A DNA stretch of 64,000 bases from Trueperaceae bacterium (GTDB lineage: Bacteria > Deinococcota > Deinococci > Deinococcales > Trueperaceae): positions 4,096,001 to 4,160,000 of the forward strand of contig OZ243956.1 in assembly GCA_965214405.1 (NCBI GenBank). Reading direction: 5' to 3'. The translations under genes were made by a program, and so were the position numbers. Below, in pieces: positions 18,880 to 29,472 of the stretch. Numbering within the stretch: the stretch's first letter is position 1; each line of letters begins with the position of its first letter. The notes below the pieces were generated by a model. The model had not been told where the DNA came from, did no database searches, and saw only the letters and a program-made list of their open reading frames with translations.

Positions 18880-20787
18880 TTAAGCGGGTTGAAGCTCAGG
18901 CGCGAGCTGCGGCACCTTGTCCTCGACGTCGATAAGCCAGTCTTCGTGGTTGTACCCTCGTTTGTCTAAGCCCATCTTCACTTCATCGCGGCCTTCGCGC
19001 AGACCCAGGGTGAAGCGCAGGCTGTCGCTCCGCTTGACCAGTTTCACGATAATCTGATTTTCGCCGCCACGCAGTTTCACGCGGTAGGCCCGGTTGAAGG
19101 GCGTCCACACGGGCTGTTCGTCTTCTTCACCCAAAAACTCCCCGTTGAAGAAAAGCTTGTACCCGTCCGAGTTGCCGACCACCAGGTAGGCCCAGCGCGC
19201 TTCGGGCACGGTAAAGGTGCGGGCCAAGTAAGCGCAGTACACGCCGCTCAGGCCGACAACGTTGCTTAGGTCGATTTCGTGTTCGTAAGAGGGGACGAGG
19301 GCGGGGCGACCAAGTAGCGTAGAGAACTCACGGTAAAGCTGCTCGGGATTTTTAGGCGGCTCTGGCAGATAGGCTTTATCCAGATTCACAAAATGATGCG
19401 GGAAACGCCGTCCCCATTCCAAGTCGTCGTCCGCGTTAGGTAGCGGGTCGTAAAACACGCCGAGGATGCTCCACAACCCAGCGCCCGCCACGCCGAACGA
19501 GCCTATTTCTTTACCGTCAAGACGCACCTTAAATAGGTTTTTTACAGGCCAGGTTTTCAGGTCGGGACGCGCGCGTAAATTAAAGGTGGCGCTGCCGCGC
19601 TCGAGCCGTTGCTGCTGGGGAAAAACCTCCCAATTCTCCGACCCAGCAACGCTGAGTTCCCCGTTACTATGCTCCCCCGCCAGCTTCAGGGTGACCGTTA
19701 TGGTTTCACCCGGCGCTGCGGAGGGCAAAGCGTGGTACTCGACTTCCAAACGAGGCTTCGCTTTTACGACGGGTAGCGGTGTGAGGGTGGGCGCGTCGGT
19801 AATGTCCAAACCCGTTTTCAGGTCGCGGCTTAGCAGCACGCCGACTCGAGCGGTGTCCCTTGCCAAGGCGGACAGCGTCATCTCCTCGCGCCGGTACTCG
19901 ATGCCCATCACCAGTTCGTCGCCAATCGCGTTTTTGAGATGCGCCGGAATGCGACTCGCCCCGAGTATCTGCCCGAGCAGCGCGCCCGCCGTCGCCATCG
20001 TGCAGTCGGTGTCATAGCCGCAGCGCAGGGTGGAGAGCATCGTTTCCTCTAAGTCTTCACCGCCGTACAAAAGTCCCAAAAAGGTAAAGGGTACATTGGT
20101 GCGCGCGTCGCAGGCTTCGGGATTGCCCGCGAGGAGCATCAGCCGCTGGCGCGCGTCGCGCAGGCTGAGCCCTTCGGCGTGGGCGCGAAACGCTTCTTCG
20201 CTCAACCTTGCGATGGGCGTGCCTGCGGGCAAGTAGTGCTTGAAGCGTTCGTAAAGCACCTTGTAATCATCGACAAAAAAGGCCATCGCCGCCATCGCGG
20301 CAAAAAGCTGCTCCGCGCCCACCGATTCTTCCGTGTGGTCTAAGACGCCGTCCCGGCGGGCGTACTCGGCGGCCAAGTCGGGCGCGCCGGGGAAGGCGTA
20401 GCCCCAGATTTCGGCGCGGATGGGGCAGCCCATGCCGGTTTCCCAAAACTGGTTGTTAAACCTGCCCGAGTCCGGTGGATGGATGCCCAGCCGGTAATTT
20501 TTACGAAAAATCCCGTACTCGTTAAAGGGGTACCAGCAGCCCCCCAACCAAGCGTCGGCTAAGTCATCCGAGGTGAGCGCCGCGCCTTTTTCCTCCAACA
20601 CCTTGAGCCACAAGATTTGCAGGTCGAGGTCGTCGTTGGGGGGGACCGCGTCGGGAAACATCTCCTGGGGCGAAATTTCTATCCAGTCTTTGTTGCCTTC
20701 GAACCGTGCGCCGATGGTGCCGCCGATGCACTTACCTATCCAGCCGCCCAAAACCTTGTCTAAATACCGCTCGTATGAAAGTTGCAC
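18880..20787 (-). CDS. ADP-ribosylglycohydrolase family protein with a long C-terminal beta-rich extension
   Basis: Motifs GGWIGKCIGG..G..FE, NDDLDLQ and GYDTDCT.ATAG. The C-terminal part (GNSDGYKLFFNG..GENQIIVK) resembles PA14/carbohydrate-binding domains. Confidence 0.8.
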   Translation of the reverse strand: MQLSYERYLDKVLGGWIGKCIGGTIGARFEGNKDWIEISPQEMFPDAVPPNDDLDLQILWLKVLEEKGAALTSDDLADAWLGGCWYPFNEYGIFRKNYRLGIHPPDSGRFNNQFWETGMGCPIRAEIWGYAFPGAPDLAAEYARRDGVLDHTEESVGAEQLFAAMAAMAFFVDDYKVLYERFKHYLPAGTPIARLSEEAFRAHAEGLSLRDARQRLMLLAGNPEACDARTNVPFTFLGLLYGGEDLEETMLSTLRCGYDTDCTMATAGALLGQILGASRIPAHLKNAIGDELVMGIEYRREEMTLSALARDTARVGVLLSRDLKTGLDITDAPTLTPLPVVKAKPRLEVEYHALPSAAPGETITVTLKLAGEHSNGELSVAGSENWEVFPQQQRLERGSATFNLRARPDLKTWPVKNLFKVRLDGKEIGSFGVAGAGLWSILGVFYDPLPNADDDLEWGRRFPHHFVNLDKAYLPEPPKNPEQLYREFSTLLGRPALVPSYEHEIDLSNVVGLSGVYCAYLARTFTVPEARWAYLVVGNSDGYKLFFNGEFLGEEDEQPVWTPFNRAYRVKLRGGENQIIVKLVKRSDSLRFTLGLREGRDEVKMGLDKRGYNHEDWLIDVEDKVPQLAPELQPA

Positions 20788-20837
20788 GTTTCTCCTCCTA
20801 GTTATTTCTCATAGTTGTTTTTAGTCGTTATTTCTGA

Positions 20838-21626
20838 TTATTTGAGAGAACCCGACACGATGCCGTCTTCGAAATACTTTTGCAAGCTCAAGTACGTGAT
20901 CATGACGGGCAGGCTGATGAGCACTAAGGCCGCAAAAACTTTGCCGATATCGACCTCATAAAACCCGGTGAAAAATTGGGGGGCTTGCGTGACCGTCTGC
21001 ATGGTCTGCTTGCGCATAAAGATGAGCGCCAGAAAATACTCGTTCCAGGCAGACAGAAACGTCCAGATGATGACCACCAGAGAGATAGACTTTGACAGCG
21101 GCACGACAATCCACAGCAGCGCGGTAAAGCTGTTGCAGCCGTCGATGCGGGCGGCGTCCAAAAGTTCGTCGGGGAGTCCGTCTAAAAAGTTACGCATGAG
21201 TAGTACGGTAAACGGCAGCCCGAAAGCGGTGTAGGGCAAAACGAGCGCCCAATAGGAGTTGAACAGCCCCAGGTTGCGAAAAAGAATAAACAGGGGCACG
21301 ATGACCGCAATACCGGGGACCATGAGGCCTACCAAAACGAGGTTGAAGAGCAGCGCGCTACCCCTCAGCTTCAACTTGGCGAAGGCGTAGGCGGCGAGCA
21401 CCGTGATGACGTAGGTAAGGACGATGGTCGTCGACGTGACGATCAGACTGTTCAAAAAGAAGCGGGGGAGAAGCGGCTGTTGCAGCACCGCCAGGTAGTT
21501 GCCCAAGCCGCTGCCCTGCAAAGACACGCGGATCATGATGATCAGGGGGGCGATAAACACGGCCGCGAGCGCCGTCAGGATGAGTTGCGCGGTGAGGTTG
21601 GCCCACCGTGAGGTGATTCCGGGCAT
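20838..21626 (-). CDS. Carbohydrate ABC transporter permease (MalG-like)
   Basis: EAA loop ELLDAARIDGC and AWNEY. Confidence 0.9.
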   Translation of the reverse strand: MPGITSRWANLTAQLILTALAAVFIAPLIIMIRVSLQGSGLGNYLAVLQQPLLPRFFLNSLIVTSTTIVLTYVITVLAAYAFAKLKLRGSALLFNLVLVGLMVPGIAVIVPLFILFRNLGLFNSYWALVLPYTAFGLPFTVLLMRNFLDGLPDELLDAARIDGCNSFTALLWIVVPLSKSISLVVIIWTFLSAWNEYFLALIFMRKQTMQTVTQAPQFFTGFYEVDIGKVFAALVLISLPVMITYLSLQKYFEDGIVSGSLK

Positions 21627-21638
21627 AGGGACACCTTC

Positions 21639-22562
21639 CTAGCGGCGGTACAACCGCTGCTGCATCAAGGTGATGACGAGAGCGAGGACGAGCAGGACGA
21701 TGGACAGAGCGGCAGAGTAGCCCGCGTCGAACTCGACGATGCTCTTCTTAAAGATGTAGGTCGCCATGAGTTCCGTGGCGCGACCCGGCCCGCCCCCGGT
21801 GGTCAGGTAGACCACGTCAAAGGTTTTGAGCGCGCCGATAGCGCCCAAAATAATGAGCGTGACGTGGGTGGGTTGTAGCAGCGGAAGCGTGATATGGCGC
21901 AGCATCTGAAAAGCGTTGGCCCCGTCTATCAAGGCCGCTTCATAGATGGCTCTGTCGATCATGGTGAGCGCGGCGAAGTAGAGCAGAAAGCTGAAGCCCG
22001 TCCAGTGCCAGATGTTGATCGCGGCGACGCTGTAAAGGGCCAGCCGGGGGTCGGCCAGCCACACCTGCGTCAGGCCACCCAAGCCCAGCGCGCTCAGCAC
22101 CCCATTTAGTTCACCGTCTGCACTGTAGATACGGCGGAAGACGAACGCGGAGATCGCCGGAGCTGTCACGACGGGCAAGAAAAAGATGACCTTGTAGACC
22201 GTCTTGAGCACCACCGAGAAGCCCAGCAGCACGGCGATGATGAGGCCGAGCGCCATCTGAATAAAGATGGTCGCAAAGGCGAAAATGACGGTGTTCCACA
22301 AGATTTTGTGAAAAACCGGGTCGCGGAAAATGTCCCGGTAATTTTTTAGGCCGATAAAGTCGCGGTCGGGGGTGAGACCGTTCCAGTTGAAAAGACTCAC
22401 CTCGAGCGTGTAGTAAATCGCGTAGTAGATGAGCCCGCCGACAAAGGCGACCAGCGGTAGCCAGTAGAGATAATTGAGCAGGTTCGTCTTGGCGCGTTTT
22501 GGCCCTGTCGGCACGCCGGAACCCCTTTGTTCCGGCGTGCTGGTTTCGGGGGAATGGTCCAT
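21639..22562 (-). CDS. Carbohydrate ABC transporter permease (MalF-like)
   Basis: Motifs FIGLKNY, YEAALIDGA and LTTGGGPG. Confidence 0.9.
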   Translation of the reverse strand: MDHSPETSTPEQRGSGVPTGPKRAKTNLLNYLYWLPLVAFVGGLIYYAIYYTLEVSLFNWNGLTPDRDFIGLKNYRDIFRDPVFHKILWNTVIFAFATIFIQMALGLIIAVLLGFSVVLKTVYKVIFFLPVVTAPAISAFVFRRIYSADGELNGVLSALGLGGLTQVWLADPRLALYSVAAINIWHWTGFSFLLYFAALTMIDRAIYEAALIDGANAFQMLRHITLPLLQPTHVTLIILGAIGALKTFDVVYLTTGGGPGRATELMATYIFKKSIVEFDAGYSAALSIVLLVLALVITLMQQRLYRR

Positions 22563-22624
22563 CTTTACCTCGGCATTACCTGACCTGTGGTGTTACCTGC
22601 GGCCTTTACGGCTCGGCTCGGCGT

Positions 22625-23917
22625 CTAGCGTTCGATAGACTGAGACACGCGTTCGACGTTCGCCAGGGCTTCCTCCGGCGTAGAGACGCCGCTCGCCACG
22701 TTCTGAAGGGCGTCGCCGAGCGACGTCTTGAGCTCGGGGTAGAGAAGTTCGCGCTTCCCGACGCTGTTCTCCATCTGTGCGGGTTGCGTCGCCAGCACCT
22801 CTTCTTGAGAGGGGAACATCACGCGGACGTCCTCCAAACCCACGGTCTTGATGGCCGGGAACTGGAGTCTACTCGCCATGATCGTTTGGGCCTCTTCGGA
22901 CACCAGCCAGCTCAAGAAAATCCAGGCTGCCTCTTTGTTGTTGCTCTGACTGTTCATGCCCAGCGCCACGTCGGGGCCGCCGAACAAGCGCCCGGGCTCA
23001 CCGTCCCCGTTCATATCGGGCAGGAGTACCGGCAGGAATTCGTATCTCTCCGTAAAGCCGGTGTTGCCCTGGTTGAGTTCGAACACGCTTTCGCTCATGC
23101 GGTTGTTGTTCCAGTTGCCCAAAAAGATCATGCCCGCTCTGCCCTGGGTCCAGGCGTCGTAGGCGTCGGGGTACTGAGCGATACCGAGCGCGTCGGCGGG
23201 CATGATGCCGCCCGTAAAGAGTTGCAGCCACATGTCCATCGCGGTGACCAAGTCGGGGTCGGTCCAGGGTACTTCGCCCGCTTCCGCCTGGTAAATTTTG
23301 CCGGGCGCGACCTCGTTGGCGAGCGCGATAAACATATCGAAATTGACCCAGTCGTCCTTTGCGCCCTGCACAAAGGGCTGGACACCGTTTTCGCGGAGCG
23401 TCTCGCTGACGCTTTTCCACTCCTCAAAGGTGGTCGGCGGCTCGAGCCCGTATTCGCTAAAGAGGGTTTCGTTGTACCAGAGGTAACCGGCGGCTGATAG
23501 GAACCAGGGCAGCGCCGAGACCTTGTCGCCTACTTCCAACTGTTCGGTACCCAGCGCGTAAAACCGCTCACGCCAGTCCTCACCGAACGTGTCTGTCACG
23601 TAGGGCGTCAGGTCCTCCAAAAAGGGCTGATACTCACTGATCATCACCCCGGCTTGCAAGCCGAGTAGGTCGGGACCGCCCCCCGACACGAGGTCTAAGC
23701 GCAGGGTTTGCAGGTAGTCGGTGTAGTCGAAATTCCGGTACTCGATCTGGATACCATCGTGACCCGCTTCAAACGCTTCGATCAACTGCTCGGCGAACGG
23801 CTCGTCCGGGTTCCAGGACCACCACGCGACGGTCGTTTGCGCCGTCGTTGTTTGTGCAGCGGCAAACAACGAACTCGCCGCCACAACCAAAACCAAACAC
23901 AGAAGCATCTTTTTCAT
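22625..23917 (-). CDS. Carbohydrate ABC transporter substrate-binding protein
   Basis: Signal peptide MKKMLLCL..AAA follows GGGAGG; motifs LWYNETLF..YGLEPPTT.EE and AAWIFLSWL. Confidence 0.9.
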   Translation of the reverse strand: MKKMLLCLVLVVAASSLFAAAQTTTAQTTVAWWSWNPDEPFAEQLIEAFEAGHDGIQIEYRNFDYTDYLQTLRLDLVSGGGPDLLGLQAGVMISEYQPFLEDLTPYVTDTFGEDWRERFYALGTEQLEVGDKVSALPWFLSAAGYLWYNETLFSEYGLEPPTTFEEWKSVSETLRENGVQPFVQGAKDDWVNFDMFIALANEVAPGKIYQAEAGEVPWTDPDLVTAMDMWLQLFTGGIMPADALGIAQYPDAYDAWTQGRAGMIFLGNWNNNRMSESVFELNQGNTGFTERYEFLPVLLPDMNGDGEPGRLFGGPDVALGMNSQSNNKEAAWIFLSWLVSEEAQTIMASRLQFPAIKTVGLEDVRVMFPSQEEVLATQPAQMENSVGKRELLYPELKTSLGDALQNVASGVSTPEEALANVERVSQSIER

Positions 23918-24156
23918 ACGCAACCCTCCCAGGGGGTTCTCATCAAGCCTTTTCAACCTTAGAGGCGTGGCTACGGCGACGCCCGGCGTAACGCTTTTTC
24001 CTAGCAACCTCCTTATCCAAAATCTCTTACACGTCAGTCTCTTACACGTCAAATGAAGCTGTCCAGTGAAATACCGGTACCTGCCTCTCACTTGTCTAAA
24101 ACGTCTCGAGGAGCCTCTGGGTTTTAGAGCACCCTTTCTCACCCGCTGAGTGGATT

Positions 24157-24203
24157 GTGCAACCGCTTGCACGACCATAGCAGCTTGCCCATCTTTTTGT
24201 CAA
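24157..24203 (-). promoter_or_regulatory. Sigma70-type promoter with an overlapping LacI-type operator for the ABC/ARH/lacI operon
   Basis: On the minus strand TTGACA (24203-24198), 18 nt, TATGGT, then the near-palindrome GTGCAAGCGGTTGCAC (24172-24157). Confidence 0.75.
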
Positions 24204-24483
24204 GAATTTAGGGCGGACCGCAGCAGTCCCGAATACACATGAGTCCACCTTTAACGCTGTGCTGAACAGCGTTTGTGGATGTATCTTGAACTGTGAGCCT
24301 GCAAAGGCTGCGCTGGTTCATGACCGCTCGGGACTCACTTTTCTGAATACTCCCGAAGAGACGTGCTGGTAAAAGCCTGGACCGGATAACACCTGCTGTA
24401 AAGAACGGCCCGCGCGTGTTAAGCTCCCTAGAAAGCCCCTCCGAGACGCCGGGGTTTTTGCTGCTTTATCTGCTGGGGGTATC

Positions 24484-25758
24484 GTGATTTTCTTAATTCT
24501 TCTTTACGCGTTCGTGCTTCCCTATCTGGGGCTGATGGGGCTCGTATATGTGGGCATGTTTGTGCCCGGCAAAAGGGCGAACAAAACGTCACCTGCCGGT
24601 CTTTCGGCTAACGCCTCAGACAACGCCTCAGACGACGTTCCAGCCCCTCCCTCAGTCAGCGTCATCATCCCGGCGCATAACGAAGAGAAGAGGCTTGGGG
24701 AGACGCTCGAGTCGCTTTCAGAGCAACGTTATGAGGGCGCGTTAGAGTTCGTCATCGTCAACGACCGCTCGACCGACGCCACGCCCGCCATCATCCAGAG
24801 CTTTGTCGGTAAGGACCCGCGCTTTCGGCGCGTGGACGTCATCGCGCCCAGCAAACGTTTGGCGCCCAAAGTCAACGCGGTCGATACGGGCGTGCGCGCT
24901 TCAAAAGGCGAGATTATCTTGACAAGCGACGCGGACTGCCAGTATCCAAAAGAATGGGTCGCGGGCATGGTCGCGCACTTTGCGCCCGACGTGGCGATGG
25001 TCGTGGGTTACGTCGAGAGCACCAGGGCGGGGGCTCGAGGGGGTCCTTTACACACCTTTGAGACGATTGACTGGCTTTCGTTGATGCTCACCTCGAGGTC
25101 CCTAACGCGGTTCGGCTGGGCCTTTGCGAGTTCGGCCAACAACCAGGGCTACCGCCGTGAAGCCTTTGACAAGATCGGCGGCTTTGGCGCGTCGGGCCGC
25201 GCGCCCTCGGGCGACGAGGACCTGCTCACCCAGCGCATGGGCCGCTTGCAAGAAGGGTGCATCGTCTTTGCCGACACCCCCGAGGTGCGCGTGCTCACGC
25301 GGCCCATGCCGACTTTAGGGGCGCTTCTCAACCAGCGCCGCCGCTGGGTCTCGCGCTACCACCACACGCTCCACTACCACCCGCTCTTCTGGACGTCGAT
25401 TGCGATTCTGGGCGCGCAGAGCGTGCTGCTAAGCCTTGCGGTTCCTCTGGCGCTTTTTGCGCCCTCACTCGCGCCCTTTGTGTTCGGGCTCTGGGCCGCC
25501 AAGCTCGCCATCGAGGTGTCGGGCATCCATATCGGCGCGGCGGCGCTGGGGCGGCGCGACCTGTGGGGGCTGCCGATTGTGACCTGGGCGCTGCTTCATC
25601 CCTTCTTTATCGCCGCGGCGGCGCTCTCCTCGCTCGTGCGTTCGGGTGAATGGCGCGCTGGGGCGCAGCGCTACCGTCGCCGCTTTTTTAGGCGGCAGTG
25701 GCGTGAATGGCGGCGCGAATGGCGGCGCAGGGTGCGCACCTCGCTGGGCAGCCACTAG
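24484..25758 (+). CDS. Membrane glycosyltransferase family 2
   Basis: Motifs VIIPAHNEE, VNDRSTD, DADC, GDEDL and QRRRW, with flanking transmembrane helices. Confidence 0.9.
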   Translation: MIFLILLYAFVLPYLGLMGLVYVGMFVPGKRANKTSPAGLSANASDNASDDVPAPPSVSVIIPAHNEEKRLGETLESLSEQRYEGALEFVIVNDRSTDATPAIIQSFVGKDPRFRRVDVIAPSKRLAPKVNAVDTGVRASKGEIILTSDADCQYPKEWVAGMVAHFAPDVAMVVGYVESTRAGARGGPLHTFETIDWLSLMLTSRSLTRFGWAFASSANNQGYRREAFDKIGGFGASGRAPSGDEDLLTQRMGRLQEGCIVFADTPEVRVLTRPMPTLGALLNQRRRWVSRYHHTLHYHPLFWTSIAILGAQSVLLSLAVPLALFAPSLAPFVFGLWAAKLAIEVSGIHIGAAALGRRDLWGLPIVTWALLHPFFIAAAALSSLVRSGEWRAGAQRYRRRFFRRQWREWRREWRRRVRTSLGSH

Positions 25759-25806
25759 AAAGCTCTTAGAAAGGCGCGCGCCTTTCTTCCCCCATTTATC
25801 CTCCTT

Positions 25807-26952
25807 ATGCGCATCGCCCTCTTTACCGAAACCTTTTTGCCCAAAATCGACGGCGTGGTTACGCGCATCGTGCGGACGTTGGATAACTTACGCGAGCTCG
25901 GCCACGACGCGCTCATTTTCGCGCCCCACCACCCGCCCGAGTCGTACGCGGGCTACCGCGTGGTCAAGGTGCCGGGGATTCCTTTTAAGCCCTGGTATCC
26001 CGAACTCGTGCTGGGGATGCCTCGCCCGCGCTTAGGCCGCGAACTGGACGCGTTCGCGCCCGACATCGTTCACGTGGTCAACCCGGTGATTTTGGGGCTT
26101 TGGGGCACCGCCATCACCAAACAGCGCAATCTGCCCCTGCTGGCCTCGTTTCATACCGACATCACCCAATACGCGGTGCATCTCAAGCTGAGCTTTCTGA
26201 GCCCGCTATCGCGCACGTTCTTGCGCGACGTCCATAACCAGGCGCACGTCAACCTCTGCACGAGCCAGCCGATGGTCAATTCCGCGCGCGGGCTTGGCAT
26301 CAAACGCGTGCGGCTCTGGCCCAAGGCGGTGGATACGGTGCGTTACACCCCCGGTAACGCCTCCGAAGAGATGCGGCACCGCCTTTCGGGGGGAGAGCCG
26401 GACAAGCCCCTGATGATTTACGTGGGGCGTTTGTCGCACGAAAAACGCCTAGACTGGCTCTACGCACCCGTCACCCAGATTCCGGGCGTGCGCCTCGCGC
26501 TGGTCGGCTCCGGTCCCGCCGAGGCTTATCTCAGGGAGCGTTTCAGGGACACCGACACGGTCTTTACGGGCTACATGAGTGGGGACGACTTGGCGAGCGC
26601 CTACGCGAGCGCCGACGTGTTCGCGTTTCCGTCCGACACCGAGACGCTGGGCTTCGTGGCGATGGAGGCGATGGCCTCGAGCGTGCCCGTGGTGGGCGCG
26701 CGGGCCGGGGGCATCCCCGACGTGATTAGTCATGGGCGCAACGGCTTTATGTTTACCCCCGGCGACTTGGGCGAACTCACCGAAAAACTTCGCACGCTTC
26801 TTTTTGACCCAGGGTTGCGCAAAGAGATGGGGGAGAACGCTCGAGCGGACGTGGAGCCCCACAACTGGCTCGCCTCCACCAGGCGCTTGGTCGACTACTA
26901 CCGCTTGGCGCGCACCATTCATAGACGTTACGACCCGCCGAGTAAGTATTAG
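25807..26952 (+). CDS. Glycosyltransferase family 4 (glycolipid synthase-like)
   Basis: Motifs MRIALFTETFLPKIDGV, YVGRLSHEK and ETLGFVAMEAMAS. Confidence 0.9.
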   Translation: MRIALFTETFLPKIDGVVTRIVRTLDNLRELGHDALIFAPHHPPESYAGYRVVKVPGIPFKPWYPELVLGMPRPRLGRELDAFAPDIVHVVNPVILGLWGTAITKQRNLPLLASFHTDITQYAVHLKLSFLSPLSRTFLRDVHNQAHVNLCTSQPMVNSARGLGIKRVRLWPKAVDTVRYTPGNASEEMRHRLSGGEPDKPLMIYVGRLSHEKRLDWLYAPVTQIPGVRLALVGSGPAEAYLRERFRDTDTVFTGYMSGDDLASAYASADVFAFPSDTETLGFVAMEAMASSVPVVGARAGGIPDVISHGRNGFMFTPGDLGELTEKLRTLLFDPGLRKEMGENARADVEPHNWLASTRRLVDYYRLARTIHRRYDPPSKY

Positions 26953-27052
26953 GGCGGGCGCTGCGCGCTGCTCGGGCGCGGACGCAGGATGACGACTTAG
27001 CCTGACGACGAGACCAGAAAACTTTCCCCTGGTTTTGCAGTAGCATGGGTGA

Positions 27053-27958
27053 ATGACGGTGAGAACGCTGGAAAACGGAGATTTGCCCGCGCTGTTAGAG
27101 CTTCTTACGCTCCAAGACGAGGACGCCATGTACCGCGCGATGTCACCCGAGAGCCGCACTTTGGATGAGCTTAGGGAGGAGCTGGGCGACGAGAGCCCCT
27201 ACACCGAGATTTTTCCGTTTGTGCTCGAGCAGGGGGGCCGCGTCGTCGCCTATCTGAGCCTCTGCAACCTTGACGGCGAGGCCTTTGTGGAGGGGCCGCT
27301 GCTGGCCCCGGAGCTTTCGGCGGAAGCGTTGGAGCCCCTGACCGCGCGCGTGGTCGAGACGGCGCGCGCGTACGGGTACCCCTTTGTCGAGGCCTTCGTG
27401 GACGAGGAAAACGTGCGCGCGCGGCGGGGGTTGGGGGGCGGGGGCTTCGAAGCCTTTCGCACGACCTATATCTATTCGCTCGCGCGCGGCGCGGCCCCGC
27501 CGGTGGGGTTTTCACCCTTCCGCTTCGAATGGGCCGAGGGACTAGGCGCGGGGCTCACGGTGAGCACCTACCGCGACCTCTACCGCGACACGAGCGACAA
27601 CTGGGCCACGCGCCTGGCCTGGAGCGACGAAGACCTCATCGAGCGCTTTGAAGACCCCGACGTGCGGCTTTTGTTGGCGTACAAAGAAGACACGCTGGTG
27701 GGACATCTGGAGCTCGAGTTCTTTGGCGAGGACGGTTTTGCCGAGGTCGCTTACTTTGGCGTGCTGCCCCGCGCGCGCGGGCAAGGCTTGGGCCGCGCGC
27801 TCCTCACCCGCGCCGCGCACGAGGTGTTTGACTTTGAGGACATGACGCTCCTTTTGGCGCGCGCCCACGACGACGAGCGCCAGGCCTGTCACAGTCTGGA
27901 GACGCTCGGGTTCACGCTCTCGCACGGGGTGGTGGCGCTGACGCTCGAGCTGGTGTGA
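27053..27958 (+). CDS. GNAT family N-acetyltransferase (two domains), probably leaderless
   Basis: Acetyl-CoA motif GVLPRARGQGLGRALL. TAGCAT lies 6 nt before the ATG. Confidence 0.8.
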   Translation: MTVRTLENGDLPALLELLTLQDEDAMYRAMSPESRTLDELREELGDESPYTEIFPFVLEQGGRVVAYLSLCNLDGEAFVEGPLLAPELSAEALEPLTARVVETARAYGYPFVEAFVDEENVRARRGLGGGGFEAFRTTYIYSLARGAAPPVGFSPFRFEWAEGLGAGLTVSTYRDLYRDTSDNWATRLAWSDEDLIERFEDPDVRLLLAYKEDTLVGHLELEFFGEDGFAEVAYFGVLPRARGQGLGRALLTRAAHEVFDFEDMTLLLARAHDDERQACHSLETLGFTLSHGVVALTLELV

Positions 27959-28000
27959 GCGTTTAACCAACGCCAAAGGCGGCGCGCCGAGAGTTACGAA

Positions 28001-28041
28001 TCAACCAGGGGAGGTCAACCAGGGGAGGTCAACCAGGGGAG
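28001..28041. repeat. 14-bp tandem repeat, three copies
   Basis: TCAACCAGGGGAGG repeated three times (last copy 13 bp) between convergent genes. Confidence 0.9.
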
Positions 28042-28062
28042 ACGCGGCTCGAGGCCAACGTC

Positions 28063-28701
28063 TCAGAACGCCGGTCGGTCGTCTTCAAGCCCCTCGAGAT
28101 GCGCCGTGTCGTTCACGCTTTTGATAAGCCGACGCTCTCCGCCTAAGCCTATACGCGTGATGCCCGTGTTGCCGAAGACGAAATTCCACTTATCCATATC
28201 GTGCCTGTTGGGCGCGTCAATCGCCCACAAGAGCACCGCCCGGATGGTGCCCCCGTGCGACACCGCCGCCACGCGCCCGGTGGGGGGCAACGTGGCGAGC
28301 CAGCCCGACACGCGCGCTTTTAGGTCGCCCCACGACTCGCCCTCCGCGACGGCGACGCCGTGGGGGTCGGCGCGGTAGGCGTTGTAAGCCTGATGGTCGT
28401 CTTCAGAAAATTCGGCGCGCGTTTTGCCCTCGAGCACCCCGTAGTGCATCTCGCGCAGCCTTTCGTCCGTACGGACGGGCAGCCCCGGAAACGCGAGCGC
28501 CGTGGTGCGCTGCGCCCGGCCCGAGTCAGACGCGTGGATTTCATCAAAAGATTCGTTCCGGAGCCTTTCACCCAAGCGCCGCGCCTGCGCTTCGCCCAAG
28601 GGGGTCAGGGGTGCGTCGGTGTGGCCCTGGATTCTGCGGGCGCGGTTCCATTCGGTTTCGCCGTGACGGATGAGCAGAAGGTCTAGCTGGGGTTCTGACA
28701 T
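28063..28701 (-). CDS. Histidine phosphatase (phosphoglycerate mutase-like) family protein
   Basis: Motifs LIRHGET.WN and VSHGG. TAGACT lies 6 nt before the ATG. Confidence 0.9.
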   Translation of the reverse strand: MSEPQLDLLLIRHGETEWNRARRIQGHTDAPLTPLGEAQARRLGERLRNESFDEIHASDSGRAQRTTALAFPGLPVRTDERLREMHYGVLEGKTRAEFSEDDHQAYNAYRADPHGVAVAEGESWGDLKARVSGWLATLPPTGRVAAVSHGGTIRAVLLWAIDAPNRHDMDKWNFVFGNTGITRIGLGGERRLIKSVNDTAHLEGLEDDRPAF

Positions 28702-28710
28702 TGGGGCAGT

Positions 28711-29090
28711 CTAACGCGAATCTAGGTGTCCGAAAGGCGGGTAAACCTTGTCTTCTACCGAGGGCGCGCGGATCATCAGCGTCTCGACCGGCGTCCCGAC
28801 CTCGAGAAGGGCGTGATGCACCCCGACGGGAAAGCAGCAAAACTCACCCGCGCGGATTGTATGCCGTTCGCCCGATACCCCCACGGTGAGGCTTCCCTGG
28901 AGCGCGGTGAAACACGCGCCGCTCTCCCTATGCGCGTGGAGGCCGTCGTCTTGCTGGAGCTCGTCCGTGTGGTTGTACCAAATTTGCAGCCGCGCGCCTC
29001 GGAAGCCCGTTTCGTTTCTCGGGGCGCGGCCCATGAGCAAGATGGAGTGGTCGGGGAGTTTTTGTGGCGAAAAGTAGACGTGAGGGAGTG
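28711..29090 (-). CDS. Cupin domain protein, possibly degraded (start unclear)
   Basis: HAH..(G)...G and FPVGVHH motifs are present. The usual metal-binding Glu reads Ala (HRESGACF), and no canonical start follows the AGGAG near 29100. Confidence 0.55.
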
Positions 29091-29472
29091 CTGTGTCTCC
29101 TACCAGTGTTAAAGCTCCAGGCTCGGTCAGACCCAACCTCTTAAGCTCTTCGTCAGCAGGGGCTCCCCCCCTTGGAGAGGAGGTACAACGCCCGCAGCAT
29201 CAACGCTACCCGTTCGGATGGGCGCTTTACCCTCTAAACCTTGAAAAGAAAGGAGTTCACCCCGTTTATGTGGTAGAATCCGCTTGCAGACCCAGACTTT
29301 GTTAAATTTATGCAGAATCCGCGGTGCAACGGGGGCTTACACAGCCGGAAACATGCAAGAAGGGAGTGTCGAGCCCGCGCGGTAGACCGTTTGAACGCTT
29401 CTCAGGCAGTGTTTTAGAAGGCGTCGTCCTTACATTTTATCCCCTTCTCTTGCGCTGACAAGAAAGGTGATC

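Noticed and set aside
23918..24178. N-terminal extension of the substrate-binding protein in the ORF track
   Set aside because: The RBS and signal peptide point to 23917, and the extension runs through the operator and leader region.
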